A stretch of DNA of 64,000 nucleotides from Minisyncoccota bacterium (GCA_016211945.1 JACRHV010000003.1:69631-133630), one strand, 5' to 3'; numbered from the stretch's first letter, positions 28,192 to 38,163 are shown. Numbers and translations are program-made. The notes: generated by a model not told the origin, from the letters alone.

Positions 28192-28818
28192 ATGACTGAA
28201 GACGCGCAAGTGCAACAGGTTCCGGAAGTACCAGAGGTCCAGACCGTCACCACCTCGACACCGAACCACGCGATCATCACCTTGTCGGAAGACAAGCGTG
28301 CCAAGTGGTACGTTGTGCACACCTATTCCGGGCATGAAAATAAGGTCGCGGAAACGCTGAAACAACGCACGCTTAATATGGGCCTCGAGAAATTTATCCT
28401 CGAGATGCTCATCCCTACTCAAGAAAAAATTCAGATTAAACGCGGTAAGAAACAGACCGTCAAGGAAAAAATCTTCCCTGGCTACATGCTTGTGAAAATG
28501 ATCTTGACCGATGAGTCTTGGCTCGCGGTTCGCACCACACAGGGTGTGACTGGATTTGTTGGTGTTGGCAATAAACCAACTCCCCTTCCATTAGAAGAGG
28601 TCAAAACAATTCAGAAGTACATGGCACAGGGTGCGCCAACATACAAAGCGAACTTCACTCCTGGTCAAGCAGTCAAAATTGTGGAAGGACCATTCGTGGA
28701 CTTCCTCGGTTCTATTGATTCTATTGACGAGGAAAAGGGTAAGGTTACGGTGCTCGTTTCTATCTTTGGTCGAGAAACACCGGTCGAGCTCGACTTCTTA
28801 CAGGTCGTCAAAATTTAA
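28192..28818 (+). CDS. nusG: transcription termination/antitermination factor NusG
   Basis: NGN domain KWYVVHTYSGHENKV and C-terminal KOW (GQAVKIVEGPFVDFLGSI). Has a ~30-aa N-terminal extension. Confidence 0.85.
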   Translation: MTEDAQVQQVPEVPEVQTVTTSTPNHAIITLSEDKRAKWYVVHTYSGHENKVAETLKQRTLNMGLEKFILEMLIPTQEKIQIKRGKKQTVKEKIFPGYMLVKMILTDESWLAVRTTQGVTGFVGVGNKPTPLPLEEVKTIQKYMAQGAPTYKANFTPGQAVKIVEGPFVDFLGSIDSIDEEKGKVTVLVSIFGRETPVELDFLQVVKI

Positions 28819-28845
28819 TCGTCTATTCAACTCTATAGAGGTACT

Positions 28846-29271
28846 ATGGCAAAAAAAATTAAAACAGTTCTCAAATTAAACCTCCAAGCAGGCGCAGCAA
28901 ATCCCGCACCTCCCGTTGGTCCTATCCTCGGCCAGCAAGGTATTAATATCATGGAATTTTGTAAGCAATACAACGAGAAAACGAAAGACAAACGTGGCCA
29001 AGTGATTCCGGCGGAAATTACGGTTTTCGAGGATCGCTCTTTTACTTTTATCTTAAAACTCCCCCCCGTATCAGCATTGATTAAGCAAGAGCTCAAGTTG
29101 CAAAGCGGTGCAAAAACACCAAGTAAGGAAGTGGTGGGAACATTGACACAGGCACAAGTAAGAAAGATTGCAGAAATGAAACTTCCGGATATGAATACCA
29201 CAAGTGTGGAGTCTGCAATGAACACCATCAAAGGAACCGCTCGAAGTATGGGCGTACAAGTCGCTGGCTAA
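28846..29271 (+). CDS. rplK: 50S ribosomal protein L11
   Basis: [43 protein letters not shown] is the canonical L11 N-terminus. Confidence 0.9.
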   Translation: MAKKIKTVLKLNLQAGAANPAPPVGPILGQQGINIMEFCKQYNEKTKDKRGQVIPAEITVFEDRSFTFILKLPPVSALIKQELKLQSGAKTPSKEVVGTLTQAQVRKIAEMKLPDMNTTSVESAMNTIKGTARSMGVQVAG

Positions 29272-29291
29272 TTCGCATATCAAGGAGTCTT

Positions 29292-30074
29292 ATGGCAAAG
29301 AAAGTAACATCAACAGAACCAAAAGAAGTGAAAGAAAAAACAGCAAAAGTGGCCAAAATCGAAAAAGTCGCAAAAAACGCAAAAAAAAAGACGAAAAAAG
29401 TCGAGGAAGTTGCGATTGTTGAGACACAGGGAGTCCCGGTTAATCCTCAGACCGGAGAACAAAAAGAGGAAAAAGCAAAAATTATTAAAATTCGCGGTAA
29501 AAAATACGTGACCGCCCGATCATTTATCGATCGAACCCGCCAGTATGGCGCAGATGAAGCTGTTGCGCTCGCAAAAAAAACACATTATGCAAAGTTTGCC
29601 GGTTCACTTGAGGCCAACCTCGTACTCCGTGGTGAAGGGGTTGATGTCGACATCGCCTTCCCCTATGCAACAGGTCGAACCGTTTCTGTGGCTATTGCAA
29701 CGGACGGGCTTCTCGCACAAGTTGAAAAAGGCGTGATCACCTTTACCACCTTGGTTGCACATCCTTCTATGATGCCGAAATTATCGAAACTCGCCCGTAT
29801 TCTTGGTCCAAAAGGACTCATGCCAAACCCAAAGAACGGAACGCTTTCTCCAGATCCAGAGAAGCGCAAAAAAGAATTAGAGAACGGCGCAGTAACGGTG
29901 AAGGCAGAGAAAAAGGCCCCACTTGTGCATCTTGTTATTGGAAAGTTGAAACAGCCTGAATCTGAACTTGTTGCCAATCTTAAGGCTCTTATGAAGGCTT
30001 ACCCTGCCGGCAAACTGGTGAAGTGCACTATTTCTGCAACCATGGGGCCTGGAATCAAGGTGAGGGTGGAATAA
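29292..30074 (+). CDS. rplA: 50S ribosomal protein L1 (with Lys-rich N-terminal extension)
   Basis: L1 core from KKYVTARSFIDRTRQYGADEAVALAKK onward. The first ~60 aa are a K/E-rich extension. Confidence 0.85.
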   Translation: MAKKVTSTEPKEVKEKTAKVAKIEKVAKNAKKKTKKVEEVAIVETQGVPVNPQTGEQKEEKAKIIKIRGKKYVTARSFIDRTRQYGADEAVALAKKTHYAKFAGSLEANLVLRGEGVDVDIAFPYATGRTVSVAIATDGLLAQVEKGVITFTTLVAHPSMMPKLSKLARILGPKGLMPNPKNGTLSPDPEKRKKELENGAVTVKAEKKAPLVHLVIGKLKQPESELVANLKALMKAYPAGKLVKCTISATMGPGIKVRVE

Positions 30075-30175
30075 AGCTCGCTCCTCACATATTGAAAAAT
30101 CTGCTCCCACTATCTCTCTATTGATATCAAAAAAGTTTGATGTATCATCTAATATAAATAAAAAGAGGAGCAAAT

Positions 30176-30490
30176 ATGGCAGATGAAAAAAAGAGACAGG
30201 GGTTAGAAGTATTAGAAAATAAATTAATGGAAGCGAAAATTCCTGATGGAGTGCAAAGGCTTATTCTGGCAGAACTTGCCAAATGGCCCATAGAAGATCG
30301 GGGTCGAATATTTGCTACTGTAGAAACATATGTCCACACAGCTCCAGAGGCTCGTGAACAAGTTGTTCGAGATCTCTATGATAACAAGGGGTTGCGGACT
30401 TTGCTTGTGGCTAGTGGAGTAAATCAAGAATTTCGTAAACAGGTAATAATGGCCTTCTTAGGAACTGAAACCATCGAACAATCAAAGTAG
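30176..30490 (+). CDS. hypothetical protein inserted between rplA and rplJ
   Basis: 104-aa ORF with a strong RBS (AAAGAGGAGCAAAT-ATG). Protein-like composition, no motif. Confidence 0.45.
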   Translation: MADEKKRQGLEVLENKLMEAKIPDGVQRLILAELAKWPIEDRGRIFATVETYVHTAPEAREQVVRDLYDNKGLRTLLVASGVNQEFRKQVIMAFLGTETIEQSK

Positions 30491-30700
30491 TTTGTGTAAC
30501 TCGCAAAGCTAGACTTCTCCATTTTTCGTGCTATACTTATACTGTTCAAGTCCAAAGACAGCGCGCGCCTTTTTCGAGAACGAAAAAGCATAAGACACGC
30601 CGAGGAATATACCAGCATCACATGATGCTTCTCTATCACCTCGCTTTGGCGAGGTTTTTGTTTTTTTAATGCGTTATAGATCAACAAATAAAGGAGTCTT
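30491..30700 (+). promoter_or_regulatory. candidate rplJ (L10) leader with attenuator-like hairpins
   Basis: AGCATCA-ca-TGATGCT hairpin at 30614..30630. CCTCGC-tttg-GCGAGG followed by a T-run at 30639..30667, 34 nt upstream of the rplJ start. Confidence 0.35.
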
Positions 30701-31210
30701 ATGCCAAGTGCAAAAAATGTATCACAACTCCAAACACTCGAGGAAAAAGCAAAGCGAGCAAAATCGACCATCTTAACCAACTATGCAGGTCTTACCCTCG
30801 CACAGCAAACAAAGCTCCGAGCAGAACTCAGGTCAGCTGGTGGTGAGCTCGTCGTTGCAAAAAATACATTGCTGAGCAGAGTATTGAACAAGCCAGAACT
30901 CACCTCTCAACTCCATGGCCAAACTGGCGTTGTGTTCTCGTACGATGACGAGGTTGGCGGCATAAAAAAACTCGTTGAATTTGTAAAAAACGCCGAAAAA
31001 CCGGAAATTAAAGTCGGTTTTATGGGAAAAACCATGCTCACCTTGGCCGAGATTAAGGAACTTGCAAAACTTCCAGGCAAGATGGAGCTCATGAGTATGT
31101 TGATTAGCCGACTTCAAGGTCCGGCATATGGTTTAGTGAACACGTTAAGTGCGACGGCAAGAAATTTGGTGTATGCGGTAAAAGCGATCGAAAAAAAGAA
31201 AGCTCAGTAA
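30701..31210 (+). CDS. rplJ: 50S ribosomal protein L10
   Basis: Typical L10 N-terminal domain ([34 protein letters not shown]). Upstream of rplL. Confidence 0.85.
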   Translation: MPSAKNVSQLQTLEEKAKRAKSTILTNYAGLTLAQQTKLRAELRSAGGELVVAKNTLLSRVLNKPELTSQLHGQTGVVFSYDDEVGGIKKLVEFVKNAEKPEIKVGFMGKTMLTLAEIKELAKLPGKMELMSMLISRLQGPAYGLVNTLSATARNLVYAVKAIEKKKAQ

Positions 31211-31238
31211 ATACAAGAAAAATAATAAGGAGGAACCT

Positions 31239-31622
31239 ATGGCATCAGCCAACGTTCAAACATTAGTCGATGCAGTCGAGAAACTCTCACTGCTTGAAGT
31301 ATCCGAGCTTGTGAAGGCTTTGGAAGAGAAATTCGGCGTCTCAGCCGCCGCCCCAGTCATGATGGGTGCTATGCCAGGTGCAGCAGCGGCTGCTCCAGCA
31401 GAAGAGAAAACTGAGTTCACGGTTGTTATCGCAACTGCCGGCGCAAACAAGATCGGCGTCATCAAGGCTGTTCGTGAAATCAAGCCAGAGCTTGGTTTGG
31501 CAGAAGCAAAGGCGTTTGTTGAGTCCGCCCCAAAGGCTCTTCTCGAGAATGTGAAGAAAGAAGTTGCTGAAGAGGCAAAGAAAAAACTCGAAGCAGCTGG
31601 CGCAACAGTTGAGTTGAAGTAA
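31239..31622 (+). CDS. rplL: 50S ribosomal protein L7/L12
   Basis: N-terminal dimerisation helix, Ala/Pro hinge ([21 protein letters not shown]), C-terminal domain [22 protein letters not shown]...AKAFVE. Confidence 0.9.
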   Translation: MASANVQTLVDAVEKLSLLEVSELVKALEEKFGVSAAAPVMMGAMPGAAAAAPAEEKTEFTVVIATAGANKIGVIKAVREIKPELGLAEAKAFVESAPKALLENVKKEVAEEAKKKLEAAGATVELK

Positions 31623-31645
31623 TTCAACATTTAATTGTCATAGAA

Positions 31646-31668
31646 GCCCCGGGAAACCGGGGCTTTTT
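31646..31668 (+). terminator. rho-independent terminator after rplL
   Basis: GCCCCGG-gaaa-CCGGGGC followed by TTTTT. Confidence 0.7.
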
Positions 31669-31701
31669 GGTATTGAATTCACTCTTTTTGGAATTGGGTC
31701 A

Positions 31702-31731
31702 TTGACATACTTTCATCCACTCTGTTATGTT
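31702..31731 (+). promoter_or_regulatory. sigma70-like promoter candidate upstream of 31814 gene
   Basis: TTGACA (31702..31707), 18-nt spacer, TATGTT (31726..31731). Confidence 0.3.
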
Positions 31732-31813
31732 GAATTATAATCAATTACTAGTAATATCTTGTACGATCCCATGAAAGGAGTACTAAATATATCAGAGTAT
31801 TTAGAAATACAAC

Positions 31814-32122
31814 ATGACAACGCTTACACCACCCCAACCACCAACCGATGTCACTCTTCCAACAGAAAAATCGGCGAATCAAATAACAGTGGCAGTTGCC
31901 GAAAAGGCAAAACGGAGCGTAAAAACAGCACCCAAGGTCGATCTTCAGAACCTTCCAGATCTCCTTACCATCAGCGAGGTTAGTGGGCTTCTCCGCGTTT
32001 CTCCACTCACAATTAAGCGCTGGGGAAAACGTGGAAAACTTCCGGCAATTCGTATCAATTCCAGAGGTGATAGAAGATACAAAAAACAGGCTGTGTTGTG
32101 GATGCTTGGTATGACTGAGTAG
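31814..32122 (+). CDS. excisionase/MerR-type helix-turn-helix DNA-binding protein
   Basis: LTISEVSGLLRVSPLTIKRWGKRGKLPAIRINSRGDRRYKKQAV matches the Xis/HTH_17 pattern. Confidence 0.55.
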   Translation: MTTLTPPQPPTDVTLPTEKSANQITVAVAEKAKRSVKTAPKVDLQNLPDLLTISEVSGLLRVSPLTIKRWGKRGKLPAIRINSRGDRRYKKQAVLWMLGMTE

Positions 32123-32160
32123 TAACATAACGAGACGACATGTTGTTCCGTTCGTAAAAA

Positions 32161-32958
32161 CTATTTCTTTTTTTCTTTGCTTATAAGGTGAACAAATTGC
32201 AAAAGTGCCAGCTGCCTCTTCCAACGCCACGGCTGTTGTATAAGTCTCCATAACCATTCAAATCCCAGAGAAGCAATGAGGCGCGAGGGTTGTCGCACAA
32301 CACCGGCAACTCCGTCAAGCGTTCCACCAACCACCATCGCCACCCGTACGCCACCTCGGTCCAAAAAGGCACGATTGTTCAAAAGCCATTGTTCCTGATG
32401 TGGCGCACCGTATGCTATGCAGACAACGTCTGGGCGAAATGTGGAGATATGTGAGAGAACACGATCATGCTCTTCTCGTGACTCGTGTGTAATATCAAAA
32501 GCTCCTCCGTCACTTGAAAAAACTGCGTGAGGATATTGTTTTTGTAATCGGTTCATCGCCAAATCCGCAACTCCTTTTTTTCCACCAATCAACAACACAC
32601 GGTATTTCTGTTGCTCTGCTCGTGCCATAAGGAAAAAAAACATCTCACGACCAGAAATTCTCTCTTTTATGCGTTGTACGGTTGGATGGAGGAATCGACT
32701 CGCCCACACAACGCCAATACCATCCGGAAGATTACAATCAGACATCTGCAAAAGATTGAAAAAAGATACATTGCGATGTGCCAACATGAGTTGCTCCGGA
32801 TTTGGTGTAAAAACAAGTCGAGCGCGGTGTTTCCACGCTGGATCGGTTGCTTCGAGCCATCGAGAAAACAGTGATTCACATGTAGCCAAAGAGTCGGCAA
32901 AAAAAGGAACGCCTAAAACCTTGGTTGTTCGAATCATGAAATCTCTACGTTCCATCAT
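32161..32958 (-). CDS. WecB/TagA/CpsF-family glycosyltransferase (N-acetylmannosaminyltransferase-like)
   Basis: Family motifs VLGVPF, LVFTPNPEQL, DGIGVVWAS, VLLIGG, GVGAPHQEQW-like. Confidence 0.7.
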   Translation of the reverse strand: MMERRDFMIRTTKVLGVPFFADSLATCESLFSRWLEATDPAWKHRARLVFTPNPEQLMLAHRNVSFFNLLQMSDCNLPDGIGVVWASRFLHPTVQRIKERISGREMFFFLMARAEQQKYRVLLIGGKKGVADLAMNRLQKQYPHAVFSSDGGAFDITHESREEHDRVLSHISTFRPDVVCIAYGAPHQEQWLLNNRAFLDRGGVRVAMVVGGTLDGVAGVVRQPSRLIASLGFEWLWRLIQQPWRWKRQLALLQFVHLISKEKKK

Positions 32959-32970
32959 AAACTTCCTTTT

Positions 32971-33990
32971 TCATCGTTCGCGTAATGCGTGTCTATATGT
33001 TTCTAGATCATCAAGCATCACACCAATTCCCTTTATGACACACTGTAATGGATCTTCAGCAAGAGAAACAGGAATGCCGATCTCCTTCGATAAAAATGTA
33101 TCGAGGTGAGACAGCAAAACCGATCCCCCAGTCATCATTAACCCTTTATCGATAATATCACTCGCCAACTCCGGTGGAACTTCCTCCAACACTTTTTTTA
33201 CCATCTCGAGAATGAGTGCAAGCGGCCGTTGCATCGCCTCCCAAGCATCTTGGCTCGTCAATTGTATTTCCCGAGGTAAACCTTGAACAGTATCACGTCC
33301 TTTTACCTGAATTGTTTTCTCTTTCGATGATGGTTCCGTAGGCAGCGCCGACCCCACCGTCACCTTCACCATCTCCGCCGTGGAGTCGCCGATCATGACG
33401 CCATATTTTTTGCGCACATACTTCTGGATCGCCTCGTCAAAGGTGTTTCCGCCAACGCGAATGCCTTTACTTGCGACCACTCCGCCAAGGGAAACAACAG
33501 CGGCCTCGGCGGCGCCACCGCCAATGTTCAAGATCATGTTGCCACTTGCTTCGCCAATCGGAATTCCTGCGCCAATCATCGCGGCCAGCGGCTCATCAAC
33601 TAAATATGCGACTCGCGCACCTGCTGATAGTGTTGCATCCAGCACTGCACGCCGCTCCACCTGCGTACTCCCCGCCGGGACGGAGACCATAACTTCTGGT
33701 TTGAAAAGAAAACCACGACCCATCACTTTTTGAAGAAAATACCGCAACATTGCCTCGGTTACTGGATAGTCTGCAATCACTCCACTCCTCAGAGGCTTGG
33801 ATGCCACAATGGTTCCGGGTGTTCTGCCCAACATGTTCTTTGCCACGGTTCCCACCGCAACCACACGCTTATCCCGCAATGCCACCGCAACCACAGACGG
33901 CTCGTTGACCACCACACCTCTCCCCTGGACCCATACAAGTGAGTTTACCGTCCCTAGATCAACACCAATGCGACGGGAAAAAGCAATCAT
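32971..33990 (-). CDS. MreB/Mbl actin-like protein (second paralog in window)
   Basis: RIGVDLGTVNSLVWVQGRGVVVNEPSVVA plus the full actin-fold motif set. Distinct from the mreB at 8850..9950. Confidence 0.8.
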   Translation of the reverse strand: MIAFSRRIGVDLGTVNSLVWVQGRGVVVNEPSVVAVALRDKRVVAVGTVAKNMLGRTPGTIVASKPLRSGVIADYPVTEAMLRYFLQKVMGRGFLFKPEVMVSVPAGSTQVERRAVLDATLSAGARVAYLVDEPLAAMIGAGIPIGEASGNMILNIGGGAAEAAVVSLGGVVASKGIRVGGNTFDEAIQKYVRKKYGVMIGDSTAEMVKVTVGSALPTEPSSKEKTIQVKGRDTVQGLPREIQLTSQDAWEAMQRPLALILEMVKKVLEEVPPELASDIIDKGLMMTGGSVLLSHLDTFLSKEIGIPVSLAEDPLQCVIKGIGVMLDDLETYRHALRER

Positions 33991-34085
33991 CCCTCCATCA
34001 TACCATCTGGTGAGCTGTGTGCGTAACGAATATCTTCGCCATAACTGCTCCCCCGAAAAACGCGAAATTCTGGTAAAATACGCTC

Positions 34086-35501
34086 ATGTTTTCCCGCATC
34101 TTCACGAACAGACTTTTTATCACCATCTGTTCTGCGTCAATTATCCTTGTTGGCACCTATGTTGCCATACAATTCGCAAAGGGGTATCGCCCCACAAAAA
34201 ATGGGAATATTACTTCTACTGGTCTCCTGTCCGCAAACTCGTTTCCAAACGGTGCGCAGATGTATTTAAACGGAAAACTTGCAACTGCCACAGACACGAC
34301 GCTGAATCTTGAGCCTGGAAGCTACACCGTTGAGATTAAAAAAGACGGCTATACACCTTGGAAAAAACAACTGACTATTACAAAAGAGCTCGTCACGCAA
34401 ACAAACGCATTCCTCTTCCCAACAGCCCCAAGTCTCACCCCTATCACCTACACTGGAGCGTCCAATGTTACTCCATCTCCAGACGGCCAAAAAATTGTGT
34501 ACTACACCGCATCGGCATCTTCGCAAGTGAAGAATGGACTCTATGTTGTTGAGCTTAGCGACAACGTCTTCTCTTTACAAAAAGGAACACGGCAGATTTC
34601 ACAGGAAGTAAGGGGGTTTGATCTTTCAAAAGCAAAGCTCCTTTGGTCTCCAGACGCATCACAAATTCTCGTTTCATACGACGGGAAAAACGTTATCGTC
34701 GATCCGACAAAAATGAATCCCCTCAACGAACTCCCCGATGTGAGTTATAAACTTCCACAAACATTCAGTGAATGGGAAGAGGATTTGTACAAACGTGAAC
34801 GCGCACGCCTCGCAAAATTCCCGGAAGAGATTCAGCGCATTGCAACAGAGAGCGCGCAGAATGTCTATTTCTCGCCTGATGATGAGCGTGTGTTGTATAC
34901 CGCAACACAAAGTGCTTTCTTGCCAGATGCAATCGTTCCAGAAGTTCCCGCAGCAAGTACGCAACCACAGGAACGAACACTTGTTCCTGGGGGCATCTAC
35001 GTGTATGACCACAAAGAGGATCGAAACTTCCGTATTGGGACCGAAAATATCGTATTACTCCCTACTCCAGTTCAAAAAAACACAAAGAAAAAATCGACAG
35101 TAAAAACACCCACTCAATTTTCTTATCCACGGGGGAAAATATCTCTCGCCGTAGACCTCTACACATCAAAGGTGAAAACGCTCGTGACATCCCCTCTCGA
35201 ATTTAAAAAACTTCAAGCAAATATGTACGCCGAAACCATCGAAAATTTCCACAAATATTATTCTGGTGTATACACACACGGTCTTCAGTGGCTTCCCGAT
35301 TCTAAACATCTTCTTGGCATTCGAGATGATATCGCTTTTGTGAAAGAGTACGATGGGATGAACGAGACAGTATTGTATTCTGGATCTTTGAGCGAGCAAT
35401 TCGTGTACCCCTGGCCAAACGGATCAAAGTTGATCATCTTGACGCGTATCAATCAGGCCTCAGACAATCCAACGAATTTGTATGCGATTTCGTTGAAATA
35501 G
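34086..35501 (+). CDS. PEGA-domain protein with N-terminal TM and beta-propeller-like C-terminal region
   Basis: TM (ITICSASIILVGTYVAIQF), PEGA-like beta-sandwich (SFPNGAQMYLNGKL...PGSYTVEIKKDGYTPWKKQLTI), then ~350 aa of beta-rich repeats. Confidence 0.5.
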   Translation: MFSRIFTNRLFITICSASIILVGTYVAIQFAKGYRPTKNGNITSTGLLSANSFPNGAQMYLNGKLATATDTTLNLEPGSYTVEIKKDGYTPWKKQLTITKELVTQTNAFLFPTAPSLTPITYTGASNVTPSPDGQKIVYYTASASSQVKNGLYVVELSDNVFSLQKGTRQISQEVRGFDLSKAKLLWSPDASQILVSYDGKNVIVDPTKMNPLNELPDVSYKLPQTFSEWEEDLYKRERARLAKFPEEIQRIATESAQNVYFSPDDERVLYTATQSAFLPDAIVPEVPAASTQPQERTLVPGGIYVYDHKEDRNFRIGTENIVLLPTPVQKNTKKKSTVKTPTQFSYPRGKISLAVDLYTSKVKTLVTSPLEFKKLQANMYAETIENFHKYYSGVYTHGLQWLPDSKHLLGIRDDIAFVKEYDGMNETVLYSGSLSEQFVYPWPNGSKLIILTRINQASDNPTNLYAISLK

Positions 35502-35524
35502 TGAAATAGAGAGGAAAAATTATT

Positions 35525-35662
35525 ATGACAGGACAACTTGAAGGCAAATCCCTCAGAGAGCTTAATGCAATCATTGAGGAAGCTAATCTGGAACGATCTA
35601 AGCTCATTCAAAAGGAAAAGGATGCTGAAATCATCAACCTACTTGTTGATAGTCTTCATTGA
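35525..35662 (+). CDS. small ORF, 45 aa (helical, charged)
   Basis: ATG preceded by AGAGAGGAAAAATTATT. Sequence MTGQLEGKSLRELNAIIEEANLERSKLIQKEKDAEIINLLVDSLH. Below ORF-track size cutoff. Confidence 0.3.
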   Translation: MTGQLEGKSLRELNAIIEEANLERSKLIQKEKDAEIINLLVDSLH

Positions 35663-35810
35663 ACTATCAAGGGGACACGATGACGCTGAAAGTCCTCGGG
35701 GGAGGGAACATTTTCAGATGTGGGTTGAAATAGACAAATCGGGTGTTGGTGACCAAGTTAGCAGACTCCTTCATCCGGAAATGTATGATTATTGAATAAA
35801 AGTTCCCTGC

Positions 35811-36722
35811 ATGAGACATACCGTCGAACATCCTCCAACACCTGATGAACAAAAAAATATCATATGCAAGGTGTTCGAGTTTTTCTCTATTGGAACGCCA
35901 AAAGATTTTCTTGCTCTTACTGGAGGAATCGCCAATATCAATTGGCTTGTCACAAATAAAGTTGGGGATAAATTTGTTGTAAAATTTTTAGTTGTACAAA
36001 AAAAAGAACTTCTCGTAAACGACATTGCAATTCAGGAACAACTCGCGCATGCAGGGATAAAGACTGTTGAATATCTCCGCTCTCACTCGGGAGAATATAC
36101 CTATGATGCCGATGGTATCACTGTTGTGATTTCGAAAAATATCGAAGGCGTTCATATTGAAAAAATCACACGAGAATTTTGTGAAAATATCGGAAAAATC
36201 TTGGCAATATTCCATACATCAGTAAAAAAACTCCCTGTTTCACATCGAGGTTGGCTCAATGCACAAACGGCGAAAGAATATGTTCGTCGTACTGATTCTT
36301 CTCTCTTGGCGAAAGCCGCAACACACCTTGTTCAGGAAAACATAGGTATATTCGACATGAGCATAGAAAACGGAATTATTCACGGTGATGTATTTGAGTC
36401 GAATGTGCTTGCAAAAAGTCAAACCGATCCTACTATTGTCGCGCTCATGGATTTTGAAGAATCTGAAGAAAACCTGTACATCGTTGACCTCGCAAGAGCA
36501 ATGATTGGTGTTTGTGTGAATGCGAACACAGCGCGACTAGATCCCGAACTTATTCTTGCTGTGATACAAGGATATGAATCTGTGAGAAAACTCACTTTTA
36601 TCGAGAAGAAAAATTTGCGCCGAGCAATACAATACACTGCGGGAGCGGGCGCTCTTTGGCTTCACGCACATGGATTTGATGAGTATGCGCAGGCATATAT
36701 TGAAAGGGTTCGGGATGTGTAA
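35811..36722 (+). CDS. aminoglycoside/choline-kinase-like phosphotransferase (APH family)
   Basis: Catalytic loop IIHGDVFESNVL (HGD..N) and DFEES metal-binding motif. About 300 aa, typical of APH/ChoK/HSK-II kinases. Confidence 0.65.
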   Translation: MRHTVEHPPTPDEQKNIICKVFEFFSIGTPKDFLALTGGIANINWLVTNKVGDKFVVKFLVVQKKELLVNDIAIQEQLAHAGIKTVEYLRSHSGEYTYDADGITVVISKNIEGVHIEKITREFCENIGKILAIFHTSVKKLPVSHRGWLNAQTAKEYVRRTDSSLLAKAATHLVQENIGIFDMSIENGIIHGDVFESNVLAKSQTDPTIVALMDFEESEENLYIVDLARAMIGVCVNANTARLDPELILAVIQGYESVRKLTFIEKKNLRRAIQYTAGAGALWLHAHGFDEYAQAYIERVRDV

Positions 36723-36899
36723 AAGTATTAATCCCACTTTTGAGTTTTCTTCCAGTCCTGATAAAGATATTGAAAAACAAACCTAGATATATCCCCGCTG
36801 GTTGAGATTTGGAATCAAATACTTGGTGATTTAGAACATAGAACAATTGTTTTTAGATTTTTTAGATAAAAATAGATTTGGATCACACACTCTATTCAA

Positions 36900-38147
36900 G
36901 TGCCGAAATCTAATGGTGTAGAATATTGGGTTATGATTACTTTTGATATCTTTCGTAACATTGCTCAACATACATACGACAAGTCTATTGTTAGACCTTT
37001 GACACGTCATATGTATTGGAATCAAAGAAGATTGAGCCATCTTGCTTGGAAAAGAAGTTTTCCTCGATCTATTCGTATCCCAGAAAGTGATCAACAAGGA
37101 AATACCATCATAGGGCGTGGTGGATTAACACCCATGGAATGGGTTGAATTAACATATCTCCAAAGTATTTCAGAAATAAAGAGAGTTCATGGTAGTGAAC
37201 CATTCGGCCCATACCCTCAACGTTTTCTTGAAGAAGGTAGAGATGGGACTATAAATCACCCCCATAGACCATCTCCCGGTCATGACATATGTGATGCATT
37301 GCCCGGATTGTTGCGTCTGGTAGCAGAGAGTCAAAACGGCATTTATGTCGATCCAGCACACGCACGCGGATATGATCCTTTAATCCTCATTACTCCAGAC
37401 TTTCAATTCATCGCAGTAACAAATAAAGGTCCTGGTTCTATGACGTTGTTATCATTTATATTTCGAGAAGCTTTGGCACATCCTCATTTAATGCGTCGAC
37501 GTTCAGCGGGAAGATTTGATGAAACTATTCAATGGTACAAGCAACATGCTAAACAGTATGCCGAAGCAATTTCTGGGGCGGTATCAGAAGATCAAATCAA
37601 TGCATTTGCAGAACACCTCTCCACTGGTTCAAACATACTGGATGTGGGAGCAAATGGAGGGAGAGATGAAAAACAGTTTACTGATCGCGGTTATCATGTA
37701 ACTGGATTAGACTTAGCATATGAATCACTTGAAATTGCCAAAGATGGAAATCCTGGAAACTTGCAGGTGAATTGCAATATGCTCGCCACACCGTTTCCGA
37801 ATAATTCCTTTGATGGTGTTTGGACACATGCCTCATTGCACCACTTAAACAGTCTCGGTGATTTCAGAGCAGCTATTGATGAACAAAAACGTGTATTACG
37901 TCCGGGTGGGATACTACACATCGCAACACAAGCAAAAATTGATCAATTACGTACAGCAATCGTTGTGGATGAACTCACACGAGAACCAAGACAGTATCTC
38001 TACGTTACCAGCAAGGAATTGACTGCAATATTACAGCAAAAAGGTTTTTCTATCATTGATTTGAAAGAACATGGAGAGGTGGATGATCAGCATGGAACGA
38101 AACGAAAAGCTGTCCGTTGGTTAGTTGCTTTAGCAAGAAAGAATTGA
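36900..38147 (+). CDS. two-domain protein: unknown ~230-aa N-terminal domain fused to a C-terminal class I SAM-dependent methyltransferase
   Basis: C-terminal ILDVGANGGRDEKQF (motif I), GLDLAYESLEIAK, FDGVWTHASLHHL, VLRPGGILHI. N-terminal domain has a His-rich patch (INHPHRPSPGHD) and no recognised family. Confidence 0.55.
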   Translation: MPKSNGVEYWVMITFDIFRNIAQHTYDKSIVRPLTRHMYWNQRRLSHLAWKRSFPRSIRIPESDQQGNTIIGRGGLTPMEWVELTYLQSISEIKRVHGSEPFGPYPQRFLEEGRDGTINHPHRPSPGHDICDALPGLLRLVAESQNGIYVDPAHARGYDPLILITPDFQFIAVTNKGPGSMTLLSFIFREALAHPHLMRRRSAGRFDETIQWYKQHAKQYAEAISGAVSEDQINAFAEHLSTGSNILDVGANGGRDEKQFTDRGYHVTGLDLAYESLEIAKDGNPGNLQVNCNMLATPFPNNSFDGVWTHASLHHLNSLGDFRAAIDEQKRVLRPGGILHIATQAKIDQLRTAIVVDELTREPRQYLYVTSKELTAILQQKGFSIIDLKEHGEVDDQHGTKRKAVRWLVALARKN

Positions 38148-38163
38148 TTTATCAATCTTTTTG

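Noticed and set aside
30424-30780. 118-aa minus-strand ORF spanning the rplA-rplJ spacer
   Set aside because: Antisense to the well-supported 30176..30490 ORF and to the rplJ leader and start. Hydrophobic nonsense-like sequence.
31814-32122. rpoB immediately downstream of rplL
   Set aside because: The ORF after the rplL terminator is a 102-aa HTH protein. No RNA polymerase beta motifs occur anywhere in the window.
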